The notes beneath the pieces were generated by a model, which did no database searches, was not told the DNA's origin, and saw only the letters and a list, made by a program, of their open reading frames with translations. From positions 1-11,627 of the IMG/VR virus record IMGVR_UViG_2531839179_000018: 11,627 nt of DNA, one strand, 5' to 3'. The DNA comes from a virus (Duplodnaviria; Heunggongvirae; Uroviricota; Caudoviricetes). The translations under genes were made by a program, and so were the position numbers. Shown here piece by piece: positions 7,960 through 11,627 of this stretch (positions are counted from its first letter, which is position 1; each line of letters begins with the position of its first letter).

Positions 7960-8897
7960 GTAAGCGCCCCGAGAAGTACGTAGCGTAAGGATTATTTTAC
8001 AGACGAGAAGTTCCAGGGAAGCAGTTCATGCACTTGGTTCGACGGCCAGTCATTGAGCTTCTCGATCACTTCGCGCAACCAGTCCTCCGGCTCCACTTCG
8101 TTCTGTTTGCAGGTGACCAGCAGACTGTAGATGATCGCCGCACTTTCTCCTCCCTTGTCTGAACCGAAAAAGAGATAATTTTTTCTTCCAACCGCCACCG
8201 ATCGTAACGCGTTTTCACCGATGTTGTTGTCTATTTCCACCCAGCCGTCACGACAGAACTCGTTCAGCGCATTCCAGTGATTCAGGATATAGTCGAACGC
8301 CTTCGCCATCTCCGCATGTTTCGACAGCGTTTTCCTCTGCAACTGTATCCAGTCGTACAACGACTGCATCAACTGGACGCTTCTGGCTTTTCTGACTGCA
8401 AGCCGTTCCTCTGCCGGACTGCCACGTATCTCCGCTTCTATATCGTATAACTCTGCTATCCGTCTGAGCGCTTCCTGAGTCATTTCTGTCGGACGGCGCA
8501 CATCCTCGTCATGGATTTTTCGGCGGGCGTGGGCCAGGCACCCGGCTTCCTTCACCCGGCCCGCTTCGTACAGTACGTTATAACCTGCATAGGCATCAGC
8601 CTGCAGTACGCCCTGATACTTTGCCAGGTGGAGCTGCGGATGTTCTCCTTTGCGATCTGCCGAATACGCGAACCAGACGGCTGCCGGCAGGGATGAACCC
8701 GCATTACGATCATCCCTGACGTATACCCACAGACGACCCGTTTTCGTCTTTCCGTTCCCCGGGGCCAGTACTTTCACCGGAGTGTCATCTGCGTGCACCT
8801 TTCCTGCCTCCAGAACATAGTCATTCAGCGCTATATACAGAGGACGGAGTTTGTCTGCCATTTCTGATACCCAGCGCACCATGGTATTACGGCTCAG
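7960..8897 (-). mobile_element. IS66-family insertion sequence, truncated: terminal repeat end plus the 3' part of tnpC
   Basis: The end begins with GTAAGCG at 7960, typical of IS66-family terminal repeats, and carries the tnpC C-terminal ORF. The element is cut at 8897/8898 by the IS3-family end. Confidence 0.7.
7992..8882 (-). pseudogene. IS66-family transposase TnpC, C-terminal fragment (N-terminal ~220 aa missing)
   Basis: 296-aa ORF carrying the C-terminal catalytic region of IS66 TnpC-type transposases (DDTPVKVL...QADAYAGY...HARRK). Full-length TnpC is about 520 aa. Confidence 0.8.
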
Positions 8898-9224
8898 TGA
8901 GGTAGCCTGAGTTTAACGGACACTCCTTCCTGAAATAGAATGGCATCAGAAGGAGCTAATAATGAGCAGAAAAACCCAACGTTACTCTAAAGAGTTCAAA
9001 GCCGAAGCTGTCAGAACGGTTCTTGAAAATCAACTTTCGATCAGTGAAGGCGCTTCCCGATTATCCCTTCCTGAAGGCACTTTAGGACAATGGGTTACCG
9101 CCGCCAGAAAAGGGCTCGGTACTCCTGGTTCCCGCACGGTGGCTGAACTGGAATCTGAAATTCTGCAACTGCGTAAGGCGTTAAATGAAGCTCGCCTTGA
9201 GCGAGATATATTAAAAAAAGCAAC
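8898..9224 (+). mobile_element. IS3-family element (IS600-like), 5' end only: left terminal repeat plus orfA up to the frameshift window
   Basis: The left end TGAGGTAGCCTGAGTTTAACGG resembles the IS911 left end. OrfA begins at 8962 with a Shine-Dalgarno, and the element is cut at 9224 by IS30. Confidence 0.7.
8962..9224 (+). pseudogene. IS3-family OrfA (IS600-like), truncated after ...DILKKAT by IS30
   Basis: Translation MSRKTQRYSKEFKAEAVRTVLENQLSISEGASRLS... has an HTH and leucine-zipper-like OrfA architecture. The six-frame ORF (8962-9330) runs artificially into the IS30 terminal repeat. Confidence 0.75.
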
Positions 9225-10445
9225 TGTAGATTCAATTGGTCAACGCAACAGTTATGTGAAAACATGGGGTTGCGGAGGTTTTTTGAATGAGACGAACATT
9301 TACAGCAGAGGAAAAAGCCTCTGTTTTTGAACTATGGAAGAACGGAACAGGCTTCAGTGAAATAGCGAATATCCTGGGTTCAAAACCCGGAACGATCTTC
9401 ACTATGTTAAGGGATACTGGCGGCATAAAACCCCATGAGCGTAAGCGGGCTGTAGCTCACCTGACACTGTCTGAGCGCGAGGAGATACGAGCTGGTTTGT
9501 CAGCCAAAATGAGCATTCGTGCGATAGCTACTGCGCTGAATCGCAGTCCTTCGACGATCTCACGTGAAGTTCAGCGTAATCGGGGCAGACGCTATTACAA
9601 AGCTGTTGATGCTAATAACCGAGCCAACAGAATGGCGAAAAGGCCAAAACCGTGCTTACTGGATCAAAATTTACCATTGCGAAAGCTTGTTCTGGAAAAG
9701 CTGGAGATGAAATGGTCTCCAGAGCAAATATCAGGATGGTTAAGGCGAACAAAACCACGTCAAAAAACGCTGCGAATATCACCTGAGACAATTTATAAAA
9801 CGCTGTACTTTCGTAGCCGTGAAGCGCTACACCACCTGAATATACAGCATCTGCGACGGTCGCATAGCCTTCGCCATGGCAGGCGTCATACCCGCAAAGG
9901 CGAAAGAGGTACGATTAACATAGTGAACGGAACACCAATTCACGAACGTTCCCGAAATATCGATAACAGACGCTCTCTGGGGCATTGGGAGGGCGATTTA
10001 GTCTCAGGTACAAAAAACTCTCATATAGCCACACTTGTAGACCGAAAATCACGTTATACGATCATCCTTAGACTCAGGGGCAAAGATTCTGTCTCAGTAA
10101 ATCAGGCTCTTACCGACAAATTCCTGAGTTTACCGTCAGAACTCAGAAAATCACTGACATGGGACAGAGGAATGGAACTGGCCAGACATCTAGAATTTAC
10201 TGTCAGCACCGGCGTTAAAGTTTACTTCTGCGATCCTCAGAGTCCTTGGCAGCGGGGAACAAATGAGAACACAAATGGGCTAATTCGGCAGTACTTTCCT
10301 AAAAAGACATGTCTTGCCCAATATACTCAACATGAACTAGATCTGGTTGCTGCTCAGCTAAACAACAGACCGAGAAAGACACTGAAGTTCAAAACACCGA
10401 AAGAGATAATTGAAAGGGGTGTTGCATTGACAGATTGAATCTACA
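9225..10445 (+). mobile_element. IS30, complete (1221 bp) with 26-bp imperfect terminal inverted repeats
   Basis: Left repeat 9225-9250 (tgtagattcaattggtcaacgcaaca) and right repeat 10420-10445 (reverse complement tgtagattcaatctgtcaatgcaaca) match at 23 of 26 positions. Length and single-transposase organisation match IS30. Confidence 0.9.
9287..10438 (+). CDS. insI: IS30 transposase (383 aa), intact
   Basis: Full-length ORF with an N-terminal HTH region and a DDE-type catalytic core; its stop lies inside the right terminal repeat. Confidence 0.9.
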   Translation: MRRTFTAEEKASVFELWKNGTGFSEIANILGSKPGTIFTMLRDTGGIKPHERKRAVAHLTLSEREEIRAGLSAKMSIRAIATALNRSPSTISREVQRNRGRRYYKAVDANNRANRMAKRPKPCLLDQNLPLRKLVLEKLEMKWSPEQISGWLRRTKPRQKTLRISPETIYKTLYFRSREALHHLNIQHLRRSHSLRHGRRHTRKGERGTINIVNGTPIHERSRNIDNRRSLGHWEGDLVSGTKNSHIATLVDRKSRYTIILRLRGKDSVSVNQALTDKFLSLPSELRKSLTWDRGMELARHLEFTVSTGVKVYFCDPQSPWQRGTNENTNGLIRQYFPKKTCLAQYTQHELDLVAAQLNNRPRKTLKFKTPKEIIERGVALTD

Positions 10446-10708
10446 GTAGCCTTTTTTAATATTTCATTCTCCATTTCAATGCGTTGTAGCTTTTTCCTCA
10501 GCTTACGTATTTCGATTTGTTCTGGTGTTATCGGAGAGGCTTTTGGTGTTTTGCCCTGACGCTCATCACGCAGTTGTTTGACCCATCTTGTCATTGTGGA
10601 AAGGCCAACATCCATAGCTTTGGCGGCATCTGCCACCGTGTATTTCTGGTCAACAACCAGTTGAGCGGATTCGCGTTTAAACTCTGCGCTAAAATTTCTT
10701 TTTTTCAT
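10446..10708 (-). pseudogene. insN: IS911 OrfA, truncated after ...EILKKAT by IS30
   Basis: Translation [51 protein letters not shown]... is the IS911 OrfA N-terminus as I recall it. The six-frame ORF (10358-10744) is a chimera that adds upstream codons and reads into IS30. Confidence 0.8.
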
Positions 10709-10780
10709 TGGAGCACCTGTGTTGTTCTGAGGTGAGCATATCACCTCTGTTCAGGTGGCCAAATTCAGTGTGCCACTTCA
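10446..10780 (-). mobile_element. IS911 (IS3 family), 5' end only, inverted relative to the IS600-like fragment
   Basis: On the minus strand the element begins TGAAGTGGCACACTGAATTTGGCCACC at 10780 and OrfA starts at 10708. It is cut at 10446 by the IS30 right end. Confidence 0.8.
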
Positions 10781-11627
10781 TATCTTAAACTACCGGAATG
10801 AACTGCTGCATGGAGAAACGCTTTACCTAGATAATCCAAGATCCAACAAAAAAGGAAGAACCGTGCGCACAGTTGATAACTATATCGCCCTGCTCTGTTC
10901 GTTGTTACGTTTTGCGTATCAGTCGGGATTTATATCAACCAAACCATTTGAAGGAGTAAAAAAATTACAGCGAAACAGAATAAAGCCTGACCCGTTATCT
11001 AAAACAGAATTCAATGCATTAATGGAAAGTGAAAAAGGACAGAGCCAAAACTTGTGGAAATTTGCCGTTTACTCCGGGCTTCGTCACGGGGAACTGGCAG
11101 CTCTGGCGTGGGAGGATGTGGATTTCGAGAAGGGAATTGTGAATGTCAGAAGAAACCTGACGATACTTGATATGTTCGGTCCCCCAAAAACAAATGCCGG
11201 GATCCGGACGGTAACATTACTGCAGCCGGCTCTTGAAGCACTGAAGGAGCAATACAAACTGACCGGGCATCATCGCAAAAGCGAAATCACTTTTTATCAT
11301 CGGGAGTACGGCAGAACTGAAAAGCAAAAACTGCATTTTGTTTTCATGCCCAGGGTGTGTAACGAAAAACAGAAACCTTATTACTCGGTAAGCAGTTTGG
11401 GTGCAAGATGGAATGCAGCAGTAAAACGTGCTGGTATTCGCCGCCGTAATCCGTACCATACGCGACATACTTTTGCCTGCTGGCTGTTGACGGCAGGAGC
11501 GAACCCGGCATTTATAGCCAGCCAGATGGGGCATGAAACTGCGCAAATGGTGTATGAAATTTACGGTATGTGGATTGATGACATGAACGACGAACAGATA
11601 GCCATGTTGAATGCGCGGTTATCGTAG
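10781..11627 (+). pseudogene. Tyrosine recombinase (phage integrase), 5'-truncated; C-terminal catalytic domain present
   Basis: C-terminus carries catalytic-domain motifs (HTRHTFA...MGHETAQMVYEIY with the tyrosine nucleophile). The N-terminal domains are absent; sequence upstream of 10781 is the IS911 end, and the ORF's apparent start (GTG at 10755) lies inside it. Confidence 0.8.

Noticed and set aside
8962-9330. 122-aa ORF as a complete protein
   Set aside because: Only residues up to ...ILKKAT (ending at 9224) belong to the IS3-family OrfA. The remainder is read-through into the IS30 terminal repeat, so the full ORF is a junction artefact.
10358-10744. 128-aa minus-strand ORF as a complete protein
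   Set aside because: It is a chimera: upstream codons before the true IS911 OrfA start (MKKRNF... at 10708), the OrfA N-terminus, then read-through into the IS30 right end and transposase-antisense sequence.
1-11627. CRISPR array, tRNA or rRNA genes
   Set aside because: No regularly spaced direct repeats and no cloverleaf-like or rRNA-like sequence were recognised. A tRNA next to the integrase would be expected outside the window, if anywhere.

Overview
The window has two parts. Positions 201-7959 hold a tightly packed, minus-strand contractile-tail baseplate and tail-fibre module (Mu/e14-like baseplate order; P2 gpH/gpG-like fibre and chaperone; a second lambda-Stf-like fibre with its own downstream protein). 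Two of its genes are interrupted: the gpH-like fibre gene changes frame at a 10-nt G/C homopolymer, and the baseplate-J-like gene is split into two ORFs. Positions 7960-10780 hold nested insertion sequences: a truncated IS66-family element, the 5' end of an IS600-like IS3-family element, a complete IS30 with an intact 383-aa transposase, and the 5' end of IS911 in inverted orientation. A 5'-truncated tyrosine integrase (10781-11627) follows. I read this as an IS-eroded prophage tail remnant, most likely in an IS-rich Escherichia/Shigella genome; whether the tail module is still functional (or tailocin-like) cannot be decided from this window. No rRNA, tRNA or CRISPR array was seen. All protein family calls are from reading the translations by eye and from gene order; no database search was run.
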